From Mobula hypostoma (lineage: Eukaryota): 64,000 nt of DNA. A model generated the notes under the pieces. It made no database searches and was not told the DNA's origin. It worked only from the letters and a program-made list of their open reading frames with translations. The stretch covers positions 94,428,001 through 94,492,000 of the forward strand of contig NC_086097.1 of assembly GCF_963921235.1 (NCBI RefSeq), written 5' to 3'. Below, one piece after another: positions 52,837 to 64,000 of this stretch (position 1 is its first letter; every line of letters starts with the position of its first letter). The translations under genes were made by a program, and so were the position numbers.

Positions 52837-53266
52837 CAGTACTGTGCAAAAGTCTCAGAAACATATATATAGCAAGGGAGCCCCAGACTTGTACAGTACT
52901 GTAGTCATTTTATGAATTGCACTGTACTGCAGCCGCAAAAAAAATTCATGACATACGTGAGTGATGGTAAACCTGACTCTGATCTGGGTCCCTGTTGTGG
53001 ACTGAGAGTGGGATGAGGGCAGGGAGAGGGGAATCATGGTTGGGAAAAGGGAAGAGAGCGGGGGAGTGGATAGCACCAGAGAGACATTCTGTAATGATCA
53101 ACACACCTGCAGCCGTCCCTGGCACTCAACCCTCACCATTCCCAACATCTTTGCCCTGCCAGATTTACAAACTTGCTCTCTATTCCACGTTGACAAATAC
53201 TGCACTGTGGAAATAGTGTTAGGCACCTACCTATATATATGTGCCTAAGAGCTTTGCACAGTACTG
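52837..53266. mobile_element. Composite Tc1/mariner mini-MITE element, copy 2
   Basis: Mini-MITE 52837-52901 (CAGTACTGTGCAAAAGTCT...AGACTTGTACAGTACTG) and mini-MITE 53200-53266, all ends flanked by TA. Confidence 0.8.
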
Positions 53267-55252
53267 TAAACACAGGGAAGGACTTATATAAATCAGTAGT
53301 CAAGTACATGGCTGACGGAGCCCTAGTTTCACAGTTCAGTTGAAAGTCTCAGGCAGTGCAGAATTCCCTCGTTCTGGTCTGGAATATGAAGCTGGATCTT
53401 ACATGAACTCACCTCCCCTATCACCTCTGGCGCTCCCACACATTCTCAGAGAAAAGAAACAAAATGGCAGGAAGTCGCACTCTGCCTCTGGTGGCATTGA
53501 GCAAACTGGGCTTTGGGGTCAAGGGTCTCTTTGAAAATTCAAAAGAAATTGCCAGAAAGATATGTTCAAACAAAACTTTGTATGGAACTCATAAGGCCCT
53601 GGACTTACCCAAACATTTCCACCTACTCTCTCACACTCGATGCTCGCAAACTATGTTAATTGGAATAATCAGTGCACAATGGGCCAAGTGTCTTTCTGCA
53701 TGACAGCCACATTAAGACAAGGCTTGATAATCAAACACTGTACAGAACAGTCAGCAGAGCAGCTCAGTTGTTGAGAGGCAACAGCAACTGGAGCACAAGA
53801 AGCTGAGACAAGCCCATCTGAGGACCACAAGGCTTAAACCTCATTAAACCCAACGCTGGAGCAGCACAAAACTCTGAGCCTGCGACTCAACCCATTCATT
53901 TCAGCCAGTTACAAAGCAGGAATTGCTCCCTCCTCACATCCAGTTAACTTTTACAGTGCTCTGCTTTTCTTGTCCAGCAATGACTAAACCAAGGGCAGGT
54001 CACTGATCCCAGAAATTCAACACAATTTGCACCTGCCTCACACCCTTGACCAAGGGCAGCACAGTGGTGCAAAGCACTAGATACCCAGGTTCAGTGCTGA
54101 CCTTGGGTGCTATCTATGTGGACCTTGCACGTTCTCCCTGTGACTGAATAGGTTTCTCCAGGTGTTTTCCCAGAGACATGTGGGTTCAAAGGTTAATTGG
54201 CTGCTGTAAATTTCCCCTTGCTGATGGGTAATGAACAGAATCTGGGTTGAGTTGATAATGCCCGAACCACTAAATAAAAGAATTGAGGTAGTAGGATTAG
54301 TGTAAATGGATGATTGATGGTTAGTATGGACTTGATGGGCTGAAGGGCCAATTTCCATGCTGTTTCTTCCTCTATGAGTCTATTAAATTCCAAAACGTAC
54401 ACAAAGGAACACTACTGCAAGTTCTGTTTACTCACAGCTTGAAGATGAAAGGCATTAAACTGGTCAGACCAACACCCAGATGGTGTGTTAATAGTTCTGC
54501 CGTATGACTGTGGTAACCCTGATCAAACCAGGGAAGTGTTTAGAGTGGGGGGGGGCGCGGGGTACGCTACTCTCGTTAATGAGGACTGGTAGCACCACCA
54601 CTAAAGCTCCATGCACGGTCAAGGACACCAGTGATAATGAGTGTCAAGGACTAGTGCAAACACATCTTGTTTGGGGAAAAAGCATGTTGTGATGATATAA
54701 ACTAAGACTCACTGAGTTAACCAGAACAGAAACAGGCCCCTCAACCCAAAGAGTCCAGGTTGACCCCCCACCCCCCAAGCACCCATTTATACCAATAATG
54801 CACTCATCCCTTTCAGCTTCATTAACTCCCCGCGGTCACTACCACTCACCTGCACACTAAGGACAATTCACACTGGTCAATTGAAGCCCTTGAAAAGACA
54901 GGATACACGCAGGCACAGAGAAAACAAGCAACTCCACACAGACAGCTCCTGAGGTCAGCATTACCTTGGGACACATCATACCTTCCTCACAAAGATCCCA
55001 CTAATTAACGGCATTTAATAAACTTTGTTCCTATTCTTTCACTCTTGCGTCAATTCAAAGTTTGAAGTAAATTTATTATCAAAGTACTGTAAATATGTCA
55101 CTGTATACGATCCTGAGATTCACTGTCTTGTGGACATAACTCAATAAATCCATAATAGAATAATAACCTTAACAGAATCAATGATAGACTGCACCAAATT
55201 GGGTGTTCAACCGGAGTGCAGAAGACAACAAAACCACAAATACAAAAAGAAA

Positions 55253-55545
55253 TAGGCATCCGTTAGTCTCGTGAGACCATGGATTTGTGCCTTGGAACGT
55301 TTCCAGGGTGCAGGCCTGGGCAAGGTTGTATGGAAGGCCAGCAGTTGCCTATGCTGCAAGTCTCCCCTCTCCACACCACCCATGTTGTCCAAGGGAAGGG
55401 CACTAGGACCCACACAGCTTGGCACCGGTGTCATCGCAGAGCAATGTGTGGTTAAGTGTCTTGCTCAAGGACACAACATGCTGCCTCAGCTGAGGCTTTA
55501 ACTAGCGACCTTCAGATCACTAGACCACTTGGCCAGTGCCAACAC
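55253..55545 (-). mobile_element. tRNA-derived SINE, family B
   Basis: Homologous to 39612-39903; 11-bp TSD ACAAAAAGAAA at 55242-55252 and 55546-55556. Confidence 0.85.
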
Positions 55546-55967
55546 ACAAAAAGAAAGAAAAAATAATAAATAAATGAGCAATAATTACGAGAAAGTGTGA
55601 TGAAGTGTCCTTGAAAGTGATTCCATAGGCTGTGGGAACATTTCACTGGTGGGACAAGTGTCTGATGGTTGAGGGTCAGTAACTGTTCTTGAACCCGGTA
55701 TTGAGAGTCCGGAGGCTCCTGCACTTTCTTCCTGATGGCAATAGCAAGAAGAGAGCATGGCCTGGGTGTGGGTGTCTCAGATAATGGATGCTGCTTCTCT
55801 GCAACAGTGCTCCGTGTAGATGTGCTCAATGGTGGGGAGGGCTTTACCCGTGATGGACTGGGCCATATCCACTACAATTTGGAGGATTTTCTGTTCAAAG
55901 GCATCGGTGTGCAATTCTGGCTGCAAATCACATTTATCCCTTCAATAGGGCACAGCCAACCACGCCT

Positions 55968-56426
55968 GACCAGAGGGCTTAAAAAGAGGATTTTCATAGC
56001 AGTCATAGAGTCCATTCTCACGTACGGATGCGAGACGTGGACACTCACCAAGACTATGCGAAAGTCTCTAGATGGTTGCTATACACGAATGCTCCGGATG
56101 GCTCTTGACCTGAGTTGGCAACAGCACATGACGAACTAACAACCTACCGATGCTCACCACTAAAATCGAGATGAGAAGACTGCAACTAGCGGGGCATTTT
56201 CTACGCCACCCTGAGCTACCTGCCAGCCTAGTCATCATATGGGAGCCCAAGCACGGGAGGATGAACCCTGGGCGCCCTCCCAAGACTATGGTCAACACGC
56301 TCCTAGAAGACAGCAACGTGGCTAATGTAGATGAACTGAACACACTGATGAGGGAGAGGGAGAAGTGGAGAGTCTGTCATCGTGCCCAACGCCGGCCCCC
56401 TAGGCCTGAGTCAACGTAGTAGTAGT
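55968..56426 (+). mobile_element. RTE-clade LINE, 5'-truncated 3' end
   Basis: IESILTYGCETWTLTK..YTRMLRMAL..SWQQH..RRLQLAGH..GRPPKT; (GTA)n tail; 10-bp TSD AACCACGCCT at 55958-55967 and 56427-56436. Confidence 0.88.
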
Positions 56427-57708
56427 AACCACGCCTTGTTACAGAATAAGAATGAGATAGTGAGCCCATGATGACCAGCCATATTAATTCTCTACCAATC
56501 TCATTTTTATTCTCCCCACATTTCTCATCAACTCTCCCCTTTCACCTACACACTAGGGAAAAGTTACAGTGTACCCCTAACACATTACGGCACGTACAGG
56601 ATACTGTCAGTGATGTGGGGATCTGCACTGTACGCATTTGATATACGCCGTATTTAGTTGGCAGTGATGAATGTTTAACAGAACTGCCCCCTCAACCTGT
56701 GATGCGGGCGGCCGCCTGTCTGCTGTTTATTAATGTTCACTTGCCTTCTCTTAAGGCAGGGTACTTGGGAGACAAGCAGAGAAAAAAAAATGTCCCTTTC
56801 CCATCTGCCTTTGCTGGTTAGCGAATTGGGAACAATTCATGTAAATAAACAGGATGAAGAGGTGACACTGCAAGAGAGACAGAGACACCATGATTGCCTT
56901 ATTTTTCAGTCAAGATGGTACCAATGTACACACTCCCTCGGTTAACACCTTCCACAGAGTCCACAAAACTTTTAATTCTCACTTCTTTTATGTCTGTGTT
57001 TTCATCTTAAATGTGTTTCTGGAACTGTGAGAGCCTGTGATTTACATTTTGGAGATTGATCGAGTGAAATTGCTGTCTCCGAGAAGAGAGCGTCCTCGAG
57101 GTGAAGAAACTTCCAGATGACATTCAACTCCATTTCATAGATTAAAGCATTCATTAATCGCTGGTTAAAGCGTTGAGGGAGATTGAAACATCGAGACAAA
57201 CAAATTTCAGCGCTGAATGCCTGCCTTTGGTTCGCTGATGGGATCCCTCCCCACTGGGGAAAGAGTCTGTGTCAGCCTACGTGGGAGCTCGCTATGGCCG
57301 GAGGGTAGACCTCTGTTCGAGTGGTGTCTCTCTTTCAAAGATGCTGGAGGATATTACCAAGTTGCTACGTTTATGGTTTGCACTATTGCATTCAAGGACA
57401 ATAGACTTTTTTCAGTCTCACGGCTTTTATATTCTGTTCTTGCCTGCCCTTCCTTGGTTTTTGTGTGGAGAGAGGGGGTTCGATGTTCTTGCTGTGTTTC
57501 GTGTGTGGGAAGGGGAGTTGAGGGCTGATGTTCTTGTGTGTCATGTGGTAGAGAGGGTGTTTGAGGGGCAATGTGCTTGTTGTGTGTTGTGGGGGAGGTG
57601 TGTTTGGGGTTGATGATTGTGTAGTTGTGCCTTTTTGTGTGGGGGGTGGGTGGGAATACTGTTTCTCTTTGAACGACTTTCATGGTTTTTCCTTGTTTCA
57701 TAGCTATC

Positions 57709-58390
57709 TAGATTAGATTAGATTATGAGGACACGCAGTCCTCTTTTATTGTCATTTAGTAATACATGCATTAAGAAACGATACAATGTTCCTCCAGAAT
57801 GATATCACAGAAACACAACACAAATCAAGACTGAAAAACTGACAAAAACCACATAATTATAACATATAGTTACAACAGTGCAAAGCAATACTGTAATTTG
57901 ATCAAGAACAGACCATGGGCACGGTAAAAAAAAGTCTCAAAGTCTCTCGAAATCCCATCATTTCACTCAGATGGTAGAAGGAAGAGAAACTCTTCCTGCC
58001 ATGAACCTCCAACGCCGCAAACTTGCCGATGCAGCATCCTGGAAGCACCCGACCACAGCCGACTCTGAGTCTGTCCGAAAACTTTGAGCCTCTGACCAGC
58101 CCTCCGACACCGAGCACTGAGCACCATCTCTGTCGAGCGCATCAACCCCGGCCCTGGCAACAGGCAATAGGCAAAGCCGAGGATTTGGGGCCTTCCCCTC
58201 TGGAGATTCTCGATTGCACAGTAGCAGCGGCAGCAAAGCGGGCATTTCAGAAGTTTCTCCAGATGTTCCTCCGTGCTTCTCACGTCTGTCTCCACCAAAT
58301 CAGGATTGTGCACGGCCCATACTTAACAAATACAATATAATTTCGGAGCAGCTACGCGCGCTGCGTCACGTCGCCATCTTCTCCTCCCCT
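57709..58390 (-). mobile_element. Non-autonomous LINE-like element of about 680 bp, copy 1
   Basis: Begins GGGGAGGAGAAGATGGCG; ends ATGACAATAAAA-GAGGACtgcgtGTCCTC-(TAATC)n. Homologous end to end with 61494-62160. Confidence 0.8.
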
Positions 58391-61300
58391 CTATAGAGAA
58401 GGCAAATCTCGAAGTTGTATACTGCATACATCCTTTAATAACGAACGAACCTTTGAACCATTATCCGCATGCTGTCCCTTGGGAACAATATCAGTAAAGA
58501 TGTTAATTTCCACATAGCTATTAAAAATGACTTGGTGTACCTAACAGGTACCCCTCTTGACCCCTGGCACTCCATCTGATTTGCAGCTTCCACTAACTAG
58601 GCAAAGTAGTCTCCGATCAAACCCAAGCAAGAGCAAAACCAGACTTGTGTGCAGCACAATCTCTGCTATTCAATCGCTGATCCTCCCCTCTCCCCAGTTA
58701 CTGTCTCAAGCTGAAATAGGCCAGTCGAACCTTGGCATTCCATTTGACCCAATGTTATCAATCTCACTTTCCTTCTTTAAAAACTTGTGCTTTTTTAAAA
58801 AAAACCAAACCAGTGCCACCCTTTTGCATAATCTGCTTAATTGGCAAGATTTTCATAATGTTCTTTGTTAATGCACATTGGGAGATGTAACAATGTCAAA
58901 ATGTAGCAGTTTGATAGCAAGCTGGAATTGTCAGAGAGAAGCAGAGACACAAAGCTGGCAAGGAAAAGGGATATTTCCCTGTAATCAATTCTCCCCATGT
59001 TTTCACACCTGCCCCCAGATTCCACCACTGACCAGGACCCCAGAATTCATGGCCCTGAGTTAACCTACCAACCCACACTGCTTAGGGAAGTGGAAGGAAA
59101 CTGCGGCACCCAGCGGAAACCCACACAGTCACAGGGAGGGTCCTGCAAACTCCACACAGGTAGTACTGAACCTGGGTCGCTGGAGCCACGAGACAGTAGC
59201 TCTCCTAGCCATGTCACCTCAGGTAGGGACAAACACAATCAGATCAGTTTTATTATCACCGGCATGGGTAGTGAGATTTGTTAAATTTGCGGCAACGGTA
59301 CAATGCAATACATGAGAATACAGAAAAAATGCAAGTCATTTACAGAAGGAAATATGTATAATAAACAGTTAAATTAAAAATAGCACAAAAATGGAAATAA
59401 TATAATCAGGTTTATGATCACTGACATATACTGTGAAATTTATTGTTTTGCAGCAGGGTACAGTGAAATACATAAATCATATTACAAGTTACAGTAGTAT
59501 TTATATACTGTATTAGTGGTGCAAAAAAGAGCAATGAAATAGTGAGGTATTTGTTGATGGACCTTTCAGAAATGTGATGCGGAGGGGAAGAAACTGTTCC
59601 TAAAACAGTGAGAGTGCGCCTTCAGGCTCCTGTACCTGATAGTCTCAAACCCACACACAGGGCAGAGACAGGAAACGGGGACTGGAGATGAGATCAAAGG
59701 GGAAAACAAACAAACTTACAATAGGGCTAGTTGGAGAGGAAGTAAGTAAGTGAAGATGATACTCAGAGACAGGGATATTGCATGTGCAGACACAGTCAGT
59801 GAAACAATACAAGAGCCAAGAACAGCAAAGGGAAAAGATGTAAATGTTAACAAAGAGGGCACTGACTGGGAAGTCACACTGTGATCTGGTTCACATCCAA
59901 AATAACATATCAGTGTACAGTAACAGCCAAGGAAGCGCAAGATTACGCTGACATTGAGTTTCTGCACACCTTGCACTCTTGCTAATCAGCGGTAGTCAAA
60001 GCATTCAGACAAGCCTACATTCCTGCATGCAATATGACCTTCACTGATTCTGCCAAACGCCAAAACCCCACTGGTAGTCTCCGCTCACATTTGCAAACTG
60101 CTGCCTTGAGCAAGCAGCAGCACTCCGCCCATTCGTCAGCTAGGACCGTGTCCTCGAGTTGCCGCTCTGGGAATCTTCCAGCTCCGGGGATCCATGAGCA
60201 TGGCTGTCACTCTGGGCTTGCTACCTCTCAGCCAGTTAAAGGGCTAATGAGCACAAGCTGGCCATGTGTGCACCAGAAACTTCCCTCTGTCACTGCCCTG
60301 ACCTTTGCAGAACAGATACTACACTAAGGGCACTCAGAGCCACAGCCTGAGGGGCAACTTCAGGTCCATCCCAGGAAAATTAATCTAAGTTAACACACCA
60401 GCACAGTACAATCAACTTCCGATAGCCGGGCTTGCTGAGGGCCTCGGTGATACTGCACTCTCAGATTTTACTCAAAAACACTTAATTTGTTTGTTTTTCT
60501 TTTAAAGGTTACACAGCACATTAAATTTTCCAGTGAATCCAGAGAGTTTAAGTGGGCCTAGGAAATGGGGCCCAGGTGATCCAGATGTCAAACCATCAAT
60601 AACCTGGAAAGGTCACATGGGAAATGATCCGTGTTACTGCACTGAGGGACTGCTGCATTTAGTATGATGAAACATCAAACCAAATCCTCTCCTCTCAGGT
60701 GGAAGTAGGCACGTCCTTACGACATTATTCTCTGGAAAGAGGGGGAAGGGGTGACTCTGAGGTTTTCATGTAAACGGCGATCCCTCTGTAGTCGCTGAGA
60801 GACTGACGGACCGTTATTGCAATGGCTGGAGCTCGGTGGATTCAGTGACACAAGAGCTCTTGCAGCCAGACCTGGACAGAGCTGCCAACTGACAGCCGGC
60901 CCTGTGTGTCTGGGGTTGACACTGGCACAACAGCAGCGGCGAGGTCAGCAAGCTGACAGGGGAGCAAATTACACTCAGGGATTATGACAGACAGCAAACC
61001 AGGGTGGAGCAAGCACTGGCTTATAATTAAACTGCTCTACCACCTCACACAGGGCAAAATAACGACTGGAGCAGACACACACGACTACATCAAATTTGTA
61101 TTTTTAGAAAGCCAAGTATTTTGGATGACAAACAACTCCCAGAATGTTAGCGCCTGGTGCACAAGCAGAAATGGTATCTTTGTGCACAACTCCATCCCCA
61201 GCGCAATCTCAATCTTTCTGACATGACATAATTTTGCAAATGTCCAGTATTGCAGTCCATTCTAACCTGCTGGGGTGAACTGCTTCTACCAATGCCCATA

Positions 61301-61493
61301 TGCCTGGGTTTAATGCTGGGATTGTTATGCATTTCCTCCATTGTAACACCCTCACCCTCACCACTCCGTGCAGGGTCTTGCCCTGCGTGGTTCAGCTGCT
61401 TTGAAGTAGGAGGCCACTCAATGAGGTCATAGCTGACCTGACTGCAATCTCAACTCCACATCCCCATCTACCCCCATTAATCCCTCACCCCCT

Positions 61494-62160
61494 TAGATTA
61501 TGAGGACACGTAGTCCTGTTTTATTGTCATTTAATAATGCATACATTAAGAAATGATACAATGTTCCTCCAGTGCGATATCACAGAAACAAAAGACACAT
61601 CAAGACTGAAAAACTGACAAAAACCACATAATTATAACATATAGTTACAACAGCACAAGCAATACCGTAATTTGATAGAAGAACAGACCATGGGCACGGT
61701 TAAAAAAAAAGTCTCAAAGTCTCTTGAAAGTCCCAACATCTCACGCAGATGGTAGAAGGAAGAAAACTCTCCCTGCCATGAGTTTCCAGCGCCACAAACT
61801 TGCCGATGCAGCATTCTGGAAGCACCCGACCACAGTCCGACTCTCAGTCCGTCCGAAAGTTTCAAGCCTCCGACCAACCCTCCGACACCGAGCACCACCT
61901 CTGCCGAGCGCTTCGACCCCAGCCCCGGCTGCCAGCAACAGGCAAAGCCGAGGATTTGGGGCCTTCCCTCCTGAGATTCTCGACTGCAAGGTAGCAGCTG
62001 CAGCAAACCAGGCATTTCAGAAGTTTCTCCAGATGTCCTCCGTGCTTCTCACGTCCGTCTCCATCAAATCAGGATTGTGCATGGCACCTATTTAACAAAT
62101 ACGATATCATTTCACCGGCGAGGTCGCGCGTGCTGCATCGCGCCGCCGTCTTCTCCTCCC
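61494..62160 (-). mobile_element. Non-autonomous LINE-like element of about 670 bp, copy 2, inserted in a CR1 3' end
   Basis: Same termini as copy 1; short CCCTT repeat at both junctions. Confidence 0.8.
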
Positions 62161-62719
62161 TTGCTTTATCATGAACCTCTCTACCTCTGTTCTAAAAATA
62201 CTGAAAGACTCTGCTTCCACCACCTTTTCAGGTTCCAAAAGCAGAGACAAAGAGAAAACAGTCTTGAATGGACGGCTACTACTTTCTTTAAGAACAGACA
62301 CCTTCCTAGTTCTAGATTCCCCCTCAAGAAGAAAGGCCCTCTCCACATCTACCCTGTATGTTTCCATCAAGTCCCCTCTCACTCTTCTAAAGTAGTGGAC
62401 TCAAGCTTGGCCTCTCCTACCTTTCCCCATACTACGAACCATCCAATCCCGAGCCCAAAATGCTGATGCACTTTAACGGCTACGGGGTGCATTGCACTGA
62501 CGTGTGGCTGTTCCGAAAAATGCAAGCCATTGCTCAGTGCAAGAGACCGAAAGAGAGAGCATCTCTTTGATTCAAAGGTATTACTGAAGCCAACATGGAG
62601 ATGTCGTCCATCTATGAGACGTCCAACCGTAGCATCTGCTCTCTCAGTTGGAAGAATAGGAATGCTCCCACTCATGAAAGGCAGATCAACTAAAGTATAA
62701 ACCTGCTAACGAGAGGAAA

Positions 62720-63230
62720 GATGTCATGAAGGTGGAAAGAATGCAGAGGTGATGTTACCAGGTTTTAAGGGATGGATTCTGAGCAGGTTGGGACTATTTT
62801 CTTTGGAGCATTGGAGGATGAGGGATGGTCTTATAGAAGTATATGGAATCACGAAGGACACAGTCTTTTACCCCCAGATTGGGGAATCAGGAAGTAAAGG
62901 ACTGAGGTTTAAGGTGAGAGGGGAGAGATTTAATAGGAGGTTCGGCAGCAGATTTTTCATCCAAACGGCAGTCGGTATATGGAATGAGTTGCCAGAGGTG
63001 GTGGTTGAGGAAGGTACATGGACAATATTTAAAAGGCACTTCTGCAGATACATGGATAGGAAAGGTTCAGAGCAGGGGCTCCTGACCTTATTTATGCCAC
63101 GGACCCCTACCATTAACTGAGAGGTCTGTGGACCCCCGGTTTAGAGGGATGTGGGCCAAGTACAGGCAAATGGGAAGCTGCTTAAGTGGAATTGTGATCG
63201 GCTAATGAGGCTTTTTCCATGCTGTAGGAC
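62720..63230 (+). mobile_element. CR1 3' fragment with a MITE insertion
   Basis: ORF 62749..63120: LGLFSLEHWRMRDGLIEVY..FFIQTAVGIWNELP. Confidence 0.8.
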
Positions 63231-64000
63231 TCCATCGCGAGCAATGTAGTCAGGGCCGTGATAGCTAAACTAATCAGGTGCCGCGGGAAAAAAAAATTTA
63301 CAATCCAGAAAAGAATTTGCAGACTCAAACTGATTTAGACGTGGCATTAAGCAAGGCACTTCTCTCTACTGCTGTTTCTTATAAGGAACAGATGGCAGGT
63401 AGTTTGTGACGATATAATTCAGCTCTGCAACCTCTGACCCAGTCAGGAGAGGAATAAATTGCATGCAAAGCATCAGCTCGTGGGGATATGGTTATGTGAA
63501 TGAAGGACGACCGTATCAATCAGGGGAAAGAGCACCAATATCTGCATGCCCTGTGAAATGCCAGGGTGGAGCGTATTGATGGCGTGGATTAATTTCTGCT
63601 CCACACACTGTCATCTTGATCCTTGCCAAGGAGAAGGTGTCAGCCTCACCAGCTACTCTGCCCATGTGCAAAACAAATACTCTCCAGCCACAGGGACACC
63701 CTGTTTCCCTTGGGGGAACCAGCAGAAATCTGAAACAAAAGCATGGAGCAGAGGTCAGTAATCAAAGGTCATTCACGGCCTTGCTGCACGCCCTCTTCAC
63801 TCCAATGATGTCATTCAACCTCCATCTTCTCCTGGTCCAGTGGACACTGACTATGGCCCCAAATAATAGAACATGGAACAGTAAAGCACAGGAAAAGGCC
63901 CTTCAGCCCACAATGTTGTGCTGAACCAATTGAATTAGTACTCAGATGGCCAACCTAACTACTCCCTCTGCCTGCGCAATGTCCATATCCTCCCATTTTC

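Overview
Vertebrate genomic DNA, very probably from a cartilaginous fish (ray or shark); this is inferred from the repeat landscape. The window lies within the 5' part of a minus-strand PLEKHH-family gene, best matching PLEKHH1. Four coding exons with canonical GT-AG sites (51120-51245, 19728-19790, 7126-7275, 5348-5431) encode the first 141 aa, an N-terminal coiled coil. The rest is intronic or upstream DNA dense in transposable elements: CR1 and Rex1/Babar-type LINEs, RTE and HERO fragments, Penelope-like elements (PLEs) and their palindromic derivatives, tRNA-derived SINEs, a Charlie/Buster hAT, and Tc1/mariner derivatives. Most ORFs in the supplied track are LINE remnants or chance ORFs. 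The most interesting signals are RNA-structural. (1) The HERO 3' UTR (about 30698-30815, +) contains every conserved hammerhead core segment, but in a non-circularly permuted, pseudoknotted order. (2) Two minimal PLE hammerheads lie sense to the host pre-mRNA. (3) A perfect 93-bp PLE-derived hairpin has a 14-bp TSD. (4) A composite transposon made of two Tc1 mini-MITEs flanking captured DNA is present in two copies. Repeat family names come from recalled motifs, not database searches, and boundaries without TSDs are approximate.
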